The notes beneath the pieces were generated by a model. That model worked only from the letters and a program-made list of their open reading frames with translations, was not told the origin of the DNA and searched no databases. A stretch of DNA of 64,000 nt from Phoronis australis (lineage: Eukaryota > Animalia > Phoronida). The stretch covers positions 622,433 through 686,432 of the forward strand of contig NMRA01000158.1 in assembly GCA_002633005.1 (NCBI GenBank), in the 5' to 3' direction. Positions 51,205-63,322 of this stretch are shown here, in pieces. The translations under genes and the position numbers were made by a program. Numbering within the stretch: the first letter of the stretch is position 1; the number at the start of each line of letters is the position of its first letter.

Positions 51205-52636
51205 TTATAACACTGTCAAGTGTTTATATGTTATAATATAAATACTAACCACCATCAATAACAACAGCGTTGTGTTACAAAAGAAACCCATACCAACGCC
51301 AACTGCCAAGTACAGTACGAGCAATGTGAGTATCTGGACTGTACTGCAGGAGAAATGTGACCCCTCGGAAAAACCACAGTTACAGCTGACTGGTCTGTCA
51401 CCTTCAACCCAGATGATATTTAATACAATCAGGAAGTCACACATGGTGGATTCAACATCAATAACACAGGTCCATAACATAACCTGCACTATTGTCCATC
51501 GAGGTCACAGCCTGACAGGCACTGGTGATGGTCGTGATTGGTGAATCCTCCATTGGGAAACTGATGGTGCTGAGACTCTGTGTGCTTCTGCCCTAACTCC
51601 AAGGGTCATCACACAGACTGCTTACCTTTCCATGGTGCATATACATCAGTCACACAATATTTCTTCTAGACAGATTTATCCCCCCTGGAAACCAGTGCAG
51701 GACATAAAACAATCCTCACCAGTCTGTGACCAGTACCCATAAATTGAAGGCTGAAGCACCTGGACACAAACCCGCTGTTTCCTAGTGCAAAAGACCATCA
51801 TTCAAAGGAATCGGTAAACTGAAGTCATGTCCACACACAAGTTACCCTGGAAACAACTCGCTCCCTGTTAGCCGATCAACCAAACTGCACATCATACACC
51901 TCATGGCAAATGTGGCGCAAAAAGGATTAAGACACCATGAATACATAACTGTCTGCAGGTTTGTGCCCACACCATGACCTGCACTGAGACAAGTTTACCT
52001 ACAAGTTACCCTGCCTCAATAACGAGGGGTGCATTGTCAAGTGAGTGTCATTTGCCCCAGCACAAACAGCATCTAAACCTACTAAATCTCACTATCAACT
52101 TGTTGCATGAGTAACTCGTGCTGTGGACATCACAAAAACTTAGGGTAAAAATTCTCTAGCTAAGAACAAAGAAAAAATAATTATTTTGCTCAAGGTCGGA
52201 ACTTGTACCAAATTTTAGAAATATGCAATATTGGCTGTCCCAAATTTAAGAATTACAATCAACAACTAACGACCATTCACCTAGATGTTATACACTACGA
52301 GGACCGACGGATGTATGTAAACACTGCGTTAGTGACCATTTTTGACAATTTTATGAACCTACAAATCTAAAGTCAGTCTCAGTTGATAAAGAAAACAATG
52401 TTCCATATCTAAGAAATATGCCGCAAGCTAAAATCGCCCATGCCTTACTGTTCAGAATCGAGAAAATTTTGGCTCGAATTTCCGGCAGTCCGAACTAGAG
52501 AATGCACCAGACTGGATAATTTTTACTGGAACAACGAAGACCGCTTTCATACATTATTGATTCATGATGAAGAAGACAAGGAGAATGTCAACCTAAACGG
52601 CTTGAACAACTATACAAACAACAATGCCCATGCAAA

Positions 52637-52861
52637 GAGGAGGCAGTGTGGCCTGGTTGATAAGTGCCCGCCTTCTTTACTCGAGGTCGTGGGTTTGAGT
52701 CCCACCAGGTCACACTGCTAAACCCTTGAGCCAGGTTTCTAGCTCCTCAGCTCGGTTTTAACCATATATCAATAAAGCACAAAAATATTTCCAGGTGATC
52801 AGTGCAATGGGCCCACATGTGAGGCTTGCGCACGTCTGGTACAACGTGTATCAGACCGCCT
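52637..52861 (+). mobile_element. tRNA-derived SINE
   Basis: A-box-like TGGCCTGGTTG and B-box-like GGTTTGAGTCC; homologous over its length to the inverted copy at 14882-15136. Confidence 0.75.
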
Positions 52862-53190
52862 GCAATTATTTTTAATGCCCATGCAAGACAAATTTCTTTC
52901 TCAAGAAATGAACGTGGCCACGAAAAATGAATTCTGATAAACATTGCAAGTCAAGATTGTTTGTAAAAAACCTCATCGCTGAAAAAAGCAGCCCGCGTCT
53001 TAATTGTCCAGCATTTTTTGGACCAAATGCTCAAAACATAAATTACAACACTGAACTAATGTCAAAACACAAACTATAACTGGAGACTTGCCACTAGTGA
53101 ATAAGATAATGGACAAGTCAGGCGTAAAACTTGAGTACCGTTTTTGTCACCCAACAGCACTTCTTGTCTCGTGTATTTTATTACCAGCAT

Positions 53191-54845
53191 CAGTGGCGAG
53201 GGGGGGAGGCTAAAATCTTCCCATATTTCATCTGGCAGTTCGGTGGTGCGAATGTGTGACAGGCAAAATCCTGGCTACGGTGTTTTTTCCATTAATTCAT
53301 ACACTTTATTAGTTCGCATAGGACCCTTGAAACATGCAGTGTGTCTCCAATAGTTCGTACAGTAGTCATTAGGTCTCCGACGGAAAAATAGTTCGTACAC
53401 ATATTTGCATCGGAAAAAATAATTCGTACAAGCTTTTAGGATAGGTAAAATGAAAATTTTCATTCTTATGAAAGAACACAAATCAATAAGCGCTAATTCT
53501 ATTCAGGTGATCGAAATCCGTTATTTGCTTTACTACGTTAGCATAGAGCTGGAAAAGTTGTTTTTCAGATCGCCATTTTTGGCGACAGAAAATGTGGTCG
53601 CTTAATGGTGGTAAAATTGTCATAACAGCGGATTTTCCCAACAAGGTTACGTTACCCTCAGATTAGTACTAAACGAATAAATTTACAACAGTGTGGAGTA
53701 ACAGTACCATGCCATCCCGTAGTCTTGTTAGAGCCGATTCCTGTGACTGTAGTGCGCAGACAACAAATGACTATACAATGCTCCAGTTTGATTGCAACCA
53801 TTCTCACGTGGGGAAGTGCGCGTGTGCAATCTTCACGTGTTGCAGAGGTTACATAATAAAGATTAAATTTATGGCCACAGTGGTCCCGTGACATGAATAG
53901 AACTATGTGCATATTAGCTGTAAAGTTCCGAGTTCAGAGAGAAATTAAGGAGTTGCTTGACGAAATAAATGTTTGAAAAACTAATTCAGGTGTTTTTATG
54001 GTTGGGAATGTTTATGTTCTAGACTCTGCAACCCAATGAATTGTCAACGTAAGGTTTAGTGCGGCTGTCTTATCTCGAACGCCCGGCACAGCTAACTTCA
54101 GCTGCCATTGTGTGAAACACGCTAAGTAATGAAGATGAGAATCAGAGGTATGCGGAATGACCCAGTCGTCAATTAAAGTTAATTAACCCTGTGAGGCACA
54201 CTGTCCTTTCCACGGCACCCTCAATAACCCGGCAAAATACATTTCCAGAAAACTAAGTTGGGGGAATTTCATCAAAATAGGGAGAATTTGACACCTTTCC
54301 GTGAGGTATGAGAATTGTTCAAAATCCGAGAGCTTCCTTTCTAAATCGAATTGGAAGTGTTGGCAAAACCACTGGCACATTTGTGGCCTGATTTTTTCGA
54401 ATATGTTTTATCTAGAGCACTGCAGTCAGAAAAAGTGCGGCAGATGACATCGCAGAAAGCGGGGGTTCCGAAGACGGCATGGTTCCTGAAGTTTGCGAAC
54501 ATGGGAAGAAAATAAAATGACAAAGAGTTCAAGTATTATATTTTGAAGTAAATTCATCACCCCGGAAAATAATTTGTTACTTGTTGTTATAATTCACATT
54601 GCCAAATCACTGTCTCGGAGGCCGTCGTTGCACTCGTTGTTACCGTCAATCTTTATCTCTAATAATTCGAACACTCGACTTCCTTTTCTAATAGTTCGTA
54701 CGGCCAATTTTGTCTCTATTAATTTGTGCACAAAGCTCTCAAGGCAAAAATAGTTTGTACACTAGTGTACAGACAAATAGAGAAAACCCCGTAATACTCT
54801 GCCCTGTACCCCGCTCCCTAACTCAAAATCCTGGATCCGCCCCTG
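53191..54845. mobile_element. Same MITE family as 63162-63322, split by a nested insertion
   Basis: 53191-53275 and 54794-54845 align to the two halves of the 63162 copy (TGGCAGTTCGG.GGTGCGA.TGT.TGAC.GGCAAAATCCTGG; CTAACTCAAAATCCTGGATCCGCCCC). Flanks AGCAT/AACAT. Confidence 0.8.
53278..54791. mobile_element. Nested ~1.5 kb non-autonomous TA-target (Tc1/mariner-like) element
   Basis: TA-CGGTGTTTTTTCCATT ... AATAGAGAAAACCCCG-TA inverted ends; repeated TAGTTCGTAC motif near both ends; no transposase ORF. Confidence 0.7.
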
Positions 54846-57800
54846 AACATCCTTTTGTCTAACATGCCATACAACTCAACAAATGACACACCTCCTAAAG
54901 GCCCTTTCATACTAACTTAACTCCAGTATGAGCGAAGCGTTGATGTAAACAGCGACATTAATTGAACTGGTTATGCCAGCTTCGGTAGTTAACAGCATCG
55001 AAGTAAACGGTAGGAGACGCTGTTGACATAAAAGCAATCGCAAGGTGGTGCTGATGCAACTCGTGTGCGCTAAGATTTTTAATGTGACATTTTGAAAACA
55101 TTTATATGTGCTAATTGACACAAAACTTATTTCTAATTCAATGGGTGACTATTCGAGCAAAATATATGCAACTAGGAACGACGACACTCCCCTTTAATTG
55201 TTGACAGATCTATATAGCAGTGGCCCCAGCCCCCAGGCAATAACTTCGATGAGACCGGAGTTGACAGTTCATATTGTACCCGCTGTTAAATCTATCTGTT
55301 TTCTGCAAAGTTAAGTGGCTCTGTTAACTTCGATCCAGGACAGGAAGTTAACTGTTCATAATGACCACAATTTCACAAAATATTGAGGCTTGGAGGTTAG
55401 TATGTAAGGGCTTTTAGTCATCAATACAGGTGGGCAACAAAGAAATCCCCAATTCCTAGCAGTTTTATCATATGATGGCACAATATTAACAAACAATTTT
55501 TCAGCATATGTTATTCAACTGAACTAAGAAAATAGGTCACAAATACAAAACACATCAACATTGACCACAAGGACAAGCCACAAAATATACCACTTGTGGC
55601 TTTAAAACTTAGCAAAAAAGTGGGGCAAAATCTTCATCTCCTCGCATAAACACATACCTCAGATGACTTCCTGCTGTAGTACCAGGTGAGAACCATGACA
55701 TCAATGGAAGAGGAACAAAAATCCACAAAGCTTCGGGGCTTTTTTTGCTAGCTTACCAGTCAGACAAATAAACCAAAGATTTCACTTGCCGGAAAGAAAA
55801 ACTTGCTTGCCTAAATTATTGAGTCGTAAAGCCTTCAAGTCAACAATCCACCAAGACTTTACCAAGGTCTGTAGTGTCCCATTAAATCTTGATACACAAA
55901 TTCAATGTTTAAATAAACAAGCCCCTCGGGCATGCTACCTTGAAATTTCACTTGCCCGACAGAAAAAGTAACCTGGTGGCTGTGCCAGGCCGTCAGTCTA
56001 ATGTTTGGCTTTGTGGAGACTAAGTGGTATTAACTATGTCTCAGTTATGGTTATTCCATCATTATTTGGCATTGCGTTGGTAGAAGTTTCAAATGTGTGA
56101 CAGTACATTCTAGTCATGCTTCAGAGGACGACCCACTTACGCAAGCCAAAAGTACAACTTCACGACAGTATCGTGCCATACCCATTTGAATTGACAATAA
56201 TGTAACGGTCACCACAAAAAATAACTAAAAAAGCCACTCTAAACAATGCACTTGTGTTACACTTTCTACACTAACATATTTGTTCTTCCAACACAATAAT
56301 CATGATATTATTATCCTTAGTTTGAATTGAAATTGCTTAAAATAAATTAGCTAGAAGTGGAGTTCTTCTGTTGGCCATAAGGCCTTTCTGCCCGAACCTA
56401 ACCCGTGGTGACAAACTCTGTAATACACTGGGTCATAAGGAATAATGACCTCGCAGGTCCCTAAGCTTAAGTGCTGTACATACCATAAGCTACGTTCAGA
56501 TACCCTAGAACAAGTTACTAGTGCTCAGACTAGAGCAAGTTGTTGTGAAGATCCTATTGCACCCACCTTATCGAGGTAAGTCAACTCGTTCTAGGGTAAC
56601 GTGCCGCTAAGTAGCAACGTGGATGCAAACCTGTAGACAAGGCACAAGTAATTGACAGGTGTGCACTTGCTCAGTTGAATACATAGTGTCTAATCCTTTT
56701 TACACCACTTTTGTTGTAAGGTGTTGGGTGTTTAGTCTGGTTGCTCGGCTCATTGAGAACTAGTTGCTCCATTACAATAACTTGTAGAGGGGTAAGGCTA
56801 AAGAGATCATTTCTACTCTAACATTTGAGTAATTTCCCAATAGTCAGTGGTCTAAATCAGAAGTTTGGTTTTGTGACAGAAAGAAAGGTTAAAAGAGGCA
56901 CTTTAAATGCTCTTGGCATGAACCGGAATGTATGCTACCACTACAAAATTTAGTAAACAAAGCCGAGTACCACCCACAATACAACAGGACACCACATTAT
57001 GTTGAAACAGACGGTGACTGTGATTCAGACCAACAACACATACATACAACACCAACAGGACCAAGAAGCCCAACAGTCATTGACCAGATAAAATTCCAAG
57101 ATAGAAGTAGGCACACAATGGAGAAACCAATCTTTGTTTTCTTTCAATTTTTACACTGCGACTGGTGAATGAACCACTGCAGTTGATGCCAGGTCAACAT
57201 TGACTATCAAATTACCAGGTCACTACTTTATAATCCAGTTCATTGGTCAGTTGATTTAATTGTTTATGCAACAATTTCATGTGATGTCTCAGGAATTTCA
57301 TGATGCTGGGCATTTATTTCGGTGCACAATAAAAGTTGTACAGGATTAAAAAAGGACTACCATAGTTTATCAGTCATGAAACTGTTACTTGCGACTGAGT
57401 TCTTTGTTATGAACATGAACATCAACCTCACACAAACAATACCTAGTGATCATTTATGTAAGTGTTAAGTTCAAAGTAAACATTCTTCCCTGTATACGGT
57501 ATAGCACTGATGATAAAAATTAGTTAAAGAAAAAGAAAGGAAACTCACAAACAACAGAGGCTGAGGTCACTTGTACTCTCAGCTTCACAAGGCCTAGTGA
57601 TTGTACTGATGACTCATTCATAGTTTAAATAATTCAATACTCAGAAACTTCTTGAAAGGACACTTAATCCATGAAAGATATTATCTGAGTGACATAACTC
57701 ATCTTCGGAACTATTCATTCTGACAAAAGCATGGACACGACTTTGGACGAGAAAAGGAGACACTGAGATGACGAGGCAAAACAAAAACTGAATCAGCTGA

Positions 57801-58115
57801 TAACTATCTTCTCTGTTACTTAAGTTTTCGGATAAAAAATAAAGTAAAAATCATTTAATTGGAAACCAGTAAAATGAACCAGCATATAAAAGAGGCTTGA
57901 CAAATACGTTGCAAGAATTTAGAGCACTAACGAATGATTAAATGGCCATACTTCACGTTTCTATTCAGTGTGTGAAGAACATGGCGACAATCCTCGACAC
58001 GCAAACGGGAAAGGTCAATTTAACAGCGAAAAACCATGACATTCTTACCAATGCTTTTCGTTGAAACTTTCATGTGCTCTTCAAAAGATGTACATAATTG
58101 AAAAATGACATCAAA

Positions 58116-58290
58116 ACTTACCAAGGTTCACAAAATGTGTGTTTTCTAGCACTTTATTTCCGTTGATATCTTATGTTGGCGAGTGTCTGTGAGCTTTTAC
58201 AACTATTATGACCATGTGACCAGAACGTAGGTATCCAATTGGATACTTATCGTCGTTAAAACGAGGCTAATAGGAAGTAGGTGACGTCAC
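58116..58290 (-). promoter_or_regulatory. Candidate promoter and non-coding first exon of the ZFAND gene
   Basis: Consensus donor G|gtaagt at 58121; 16-bp palindrome GTATCCAATTGGATAC (CCAAT on both strands) at 58231-58246; ETS-like GGAAGT at 58273; full CRE TGACGTCA at 58282-58289. Confidence 0.55.
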
Positions 58291-61200
58291 AAAAGAGGAG
58301 TATCCGTGGTTGGAAACAATCCGACTGTGTATTAAAGGGCAAGCAGTGTGTGACCTACCTTTAGGGGTCTGCAGGTGCGGTCATTTATTGATATCAGATC
58401 ATGACTCATGAAACCGAAACATTGTAAATATCTCTACGTAATTTTCTCTATCTCTATCAAAAATTCCTATGGCCAAAATATAGAAGAGATAATTCAATTT
58501 ATTTGTTAACAGCTGGAGACATTAAAATTAACAGCTTGACTTGAGCCTGGGGAAAAGGAAATTGTTTGGCCAGCCGCGGGCTCCGGCAGCCGGCGCGGGA
58601 CAACGTAAGCGTATAGTACACATGTATTCAAGTTCTGGTGAACGCATTTATAGTGATTTTATGCTCGTTCTTCACTAAACTGGTGGTCACACGGTGATGG
58701 TTCCAGGTTTTGATAACCTATTTTTATACTTTCAATACCTTTTTAGCGATTTTCCAAAAAAAAAATTAGCCGGTTTCAAAGAAATAAAATATATTTTATA
58801 TGACAAAAATGGTAGGGCGGGCATTCCCGTATGGTTTATTCAGATTCATCGGAGTCATGTAACTTCAGTATGCAGGTGATGAGATGAGAGATATTTTGTG
58901 GATATATACTGTCGGAGATTCAGTAATTCTAGTAGTATCTGCTTAGCGAAATAATAATTGTACTATATTTTTGCTCTTCAAATATGCATGATTTTAAAGA
59001 ACCCTCGTGTATTTTTGAAGACCGTCGATCGCGTTTCATTCTACCTAAAAAGACATTTTTTTGTGATTGTAACCGCCATGCGATCCGTCAGTGTCATTGT
59101 CTGAGTTGGGGGAACTGGGAAAGTCAGCAATGCTATATATGTTATACGCTATACCGGGGGCCCGAGTGCCGGGGACTGTCACCACAGAAACTTCAGTAGG
59201 CATGTTTTACCAAAATTTCACATGCAGTGAAAGCCGGGGGTCACTCGGGTCTAGGCCATATAAGTTACGCCTTCAGTTTAGGCGGTATGATTTTGACGAT
59301 ATGGAATTTCAATTAATTAAACTTACTGGGGTGGCAAAAACGTAGTGCAAAAAAGTAGCTCGATGTAAGGAACTCCTAACGCAAAAGAAATAAATTTGGG
59401 AAGAAATCCCAGGAGAAATCCTAGCAACGTCGAACCGCAATTTAGTATACAAAGCATTGCCTTGGAAACTTCAGGATAGTTCAGACACGTGAGCGAAAAC
59501 GAGGCCTGAGTTTATGACCCCCCCTCCCCCCGTCCTTGCTGTCTCACGTACCGTTTCCTCAGTTGTGAAGATCGCCGCTGGGAATCGCGCCTTAGTACCC
59601 GCATATTAAACACTCAGCCGGCTCACGTGGTCAATAGAATTGTACATTGTCTACTGTCGTCAAAAGAGGAATGTTTATCGGGGAATCTCAGTGATATTGC
59701 GCGGACTGAATCAATTGCCACATTAACGATGGTTTCACGATAATAAACCACTGGCTACAATAAATTGACATACCTTGGACTAAAACTGGTGATTTTCTAA
59801 AATCGAATTCCTTGGTTCTGAAAAGCTATCAATTTTACTCGTAGAAATAGATATGTCAGGTTTCGGATATCAGGTTCTCCGTTTTGAGACTGGTTTTAGT
59901 AGCATTTTGAACCGTGGAAGATAACTAGTCTGCAAGTCGTGATGCCGGGCAAAAGAGCTCGAGATACGTTTTTGCAATGCGGGGCTTAGTGCCAGGGCTA
60001 CGTTTCAACCCTCAACATTTTGGTTCGTGTTTTATTCCATGATTCACTTTACTTTGTTTATATTTTGAATGGACGCACTTCGGAGCTTTTTCAAAATCCC
60101 TTGACGAAACATTAATTCGTACCCAACTGTCTGGTGACTGCTCTCCGGAACGCTACATCACGGAAAATGAAATATTTTACCCACCTCAGTGCCCGCTAAG
60201 CACATACAGAAGGAGGGGTGGAAAGTGAAGGGGGAATTTTAACACGTCTACGTTTTAATGACGGCCTAGTCAGTCACGGTGGCAGAAGTCATGCTGATGG
60301 TATAGGCTTTCGTCATAGCGCGGCTCTGGTTACCGCGCCGACCGCGTGGCTATTATTTTGTGCCCGCGGGTCGCCAAGCCGCCGGCTAGGCCCAAGGCCA
60401 TTATAGACGCCTACTCAACCTAGCTGTGAGCCTGTGTCAGATTTTTTTTTTGCCTTTTTAGCCAAAACTTATGAACCCCAGTGGGATATATTTCCACCTA
60501 CTAAAACCCAGCACACGGAATTAGCCTGACTAAAACCTGTAGGCAGGCATGAAACCCTATAGGAAAGATTCCGCCGTGGTCGTGTCAACGGTGTCATCTT
60601 CACTACGGGAGGTAATGACCCGCAGGGGCGGGGCTGTGTAAGCATACTGCATGATACGCATGCCATAGAATGTAGTGATAAAATCATCACAATGGATAAA
60701 TGTTTCATGTGGCAATCTGGCGATCCATTATTTCGTGTAGTCACTGAGGCCTGGTAGGCTATTCGCAATCACGCGAGCGGACGAGTGCACATCCCGCGCC
60801 GTGAGGTACGCATATCACCGTCAGGAGGGCAAATGTGGTTACACCTGTGTCACGGTTATTACAAAACCAGTATTACCTGGCGAATCCAGACACATAGTTA
60901 TATTGACTGTAGGGCGTCGGCGAGACAAAAGCGTACGTCATGCGCGCACGCTCGAAAGAGGAGTGGGCAAAAAGGTCCGCCTCAGAGGAACAAAAAGTCC
61001 GAGATAACGAGACAAAAGTCCACTGAAAAGCGCGAATGGACAAATCACAGCTGTGAACGTAGTACCCCGTTTTTTCATTTTTTTGTCGGTAAAAGGTCCA
61101 CATTCGAGCCCCCCCCCTATATTTTAGGCTGGGTGCATTCATGTACGTTATAGATCGAGACCTCGACAACGGGCGGAAAAACATGACCCGCTATCTCCTT

Positions 61201-62279
61201 CTTCCTCCCCGTCCTTCTTTTTCTCCAAGTTTCCTAGAACACTTGATCAAGAGTTTGGCCCATATGTGTTGGCGCGTGATAAGGTTGGACCTTATTTACA
61301 AGAAGGCTGTGCATTCTGCGAAATTGCAAGCCATGAAATTTAAATTAAGAAAAGTGTATACAGTGTGACAAAGCCTGTAGAATTTGATGTATGACTTTAT
61401 AATCGATCTACACGCTTGGCTTACGTTACCAGTGACTTCTTTTTAGTAAAATGTAGTACATTAGTACATTCATAGCAACACAACAGTACCGATAACATGA
61501 TCAAATTTAGTCTCATATAAATATCAAGATGAAATCTTAAAAAAGCCTGTTGCAGATTTTTACGTTATCATTTCCGTCATACTCGCTTCATGTAACTTTT
61601 CATTTTTTATAAACATCATAAATATTAAAGTTCTATTTTCATTGGCCCCTCATGCAAAAGTGAATCAATTTCTAACAGCATTTTGGAGAACAGTGCATAG
61701 CATTTGCCTAGCATCTGAAAGTCTCATGTGAATAGTATCGGCAATTAAAATATTAGTAGTAACTGGTGCGAAAACAGACCTGGTGTCTACAAATAAATAC
61801 AACAATGTCATTACAACTGGTTGGAGTTACTAGAAGAAACAATTTGGAAAGCATGAAACGCTTATGACGAACGTCTTGTAGCATCATGATGATGTACTAG
61901 TACAAGGTGATAAATAGCCGGAGTTCTGTAATGCTGCGGTGAAAGAAGAGAGTGCGCGCTAGGCTGCGAGTGTCCAGTCTCTTTCAAAAGAATTAAGACC
62001 GAGTGTGAAATGCGAGATGAGGTTTGGAGAAATTGTGGACTGAGATACGAGTGTGGGATGATTACGAGGGTCGTGTTCAATAACGGTAGTACCTCGCTAG
62101 AAAACCAAGAACTCGCGAGATTTCGCAAGACATAGCCGTTTAAACGGAGTATAACCAAAGACATTAACTACGGTCTCTGGTATAACCTGTCTGCTCACTC
62201 TCCATGCGGCCTCGTCCCAAGTGTCAACTATGGCTAAACCAGAGACCGAAGAGCACCACCCCCCCCCCCTCCATGGGTG

Positions 62280-62600
62280 CTCGCATGTAAACTAAGGGAC
62301 TTGTTTGCTTTACAAGCATTAGTATCGATGAGTTGTTTGAAACACAAGCTGTAAAAGAGTTTTACAGTGATGTGCGATCGATGTGTTGTCGAGTGGTTGG
62401 TTATTGGGTTCATAAGTGTACATGAGGAGAGCGTGCCTTTTGTGTGCATGTTGTATTGACAAGACAATGTGTTGAAGTTCATCTTCCTGTGTTTCCTTTC
62501 CCTGCATGTTTACAAGAGGCAAGAGAGTTCATGTCGTTCTGGAAGAGTGCAACTTCTTCGATGGAGGTATAAGCCTATCAATTGTAGTTCTGTAGCCAAC
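62280..62600 (-). pseudogene. Decayed non-LTR retrotransposon (CR1/L2-like) reverse-transcriptase C-terminal fragment
   Basis: Pieces in shifting frames: TSIEEVALFQNDMNSLAS, MNFNTLSCQ, MYTYEPNNQPLDNTS, SLCFKQLIDTNACKANKSLSL. They follow the order of the LINE post-palm motifs LQxDL..W..FN..KC....L....HI....KANK.LG. Confidence 0.65.
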
Positions 62601-63161
62601 TAAAGTCAACGTCATCGCGTACTATATGCCATTTTCGAATTCGGAATTTTCAAAATTCCAACCCCAAGCGATTCCTTGAGTCTGTGATGGTTTCGATGAA
62701 TATTGCAAACTCGACTTTGAGAGTTAAGGCATAATTCGATTTTCATTTTTAGGCAGCTCGGTAAATAGCGCGAAATGCACCTGCATGTAACTGGTACAGT
62801 CACCTGTCTCGATTTCAGCGAGTGACAGACAATGGTGAGAGTTGGCAATTTGTTATAAAATTAAACAATGGATTTTATTGTTTGTTTTGTAGCTCTTTTA
62901 GTAGCATTTAACGAAAAGGAATTAAAGGTACATTGATAGCAAACAACGATTATCAATAACAGGATATCACTGATGTCACATTTTTGTAACCCCTCATTCC
63001 AAAGTGAGTCATTTCATCAATTCAACGAAAGGCGACGTGCAAGTATAAAAGGTTGCAAATTGCAATTTCAATGAACTCATGCAACTTCATCATGACTGTG
63101 CACAAAAGTGCCAAATACAAATTCCACGAAAACGTTTCTTATTGTATAACTGCATTCATTC

Positions 63162-63322
63162 CAGTGGCAAATTTAACGGGGGGGGGCAAGGGTGGCATGG
63201 CCCCCTAAAATTCTCCCAGATTCCATTTGGCAGTTCGGAGGTGCGAGTGTCTGACGGGCAAAATCCTGGAAAATAACCTGCCCTACCCCCCCCTCTAACT
63301 CAAAATCCTGGATCCGCCCCCG
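63162..63322. mobile_element. 161-bp MITE with exact 5-bp TSD CATTC
   Basis: CAGTGGCAAATTTAA ... CCTGGATCCGCCCCCG flanked by CATTC on both sides. Confidence 0.8.

Noticed and set aside
52637-52712. Functional tRNA gene
   Set aside because: Cloverleaf is not intact and homology to a second copy extends ~150 bp beyond the head, so it is a SINE.
60785-61153. 122 aa basic ORF in a CpG-rich region
   Set aside because: No domain pattern or splice support; more likely the interior of an unclassified repeat.
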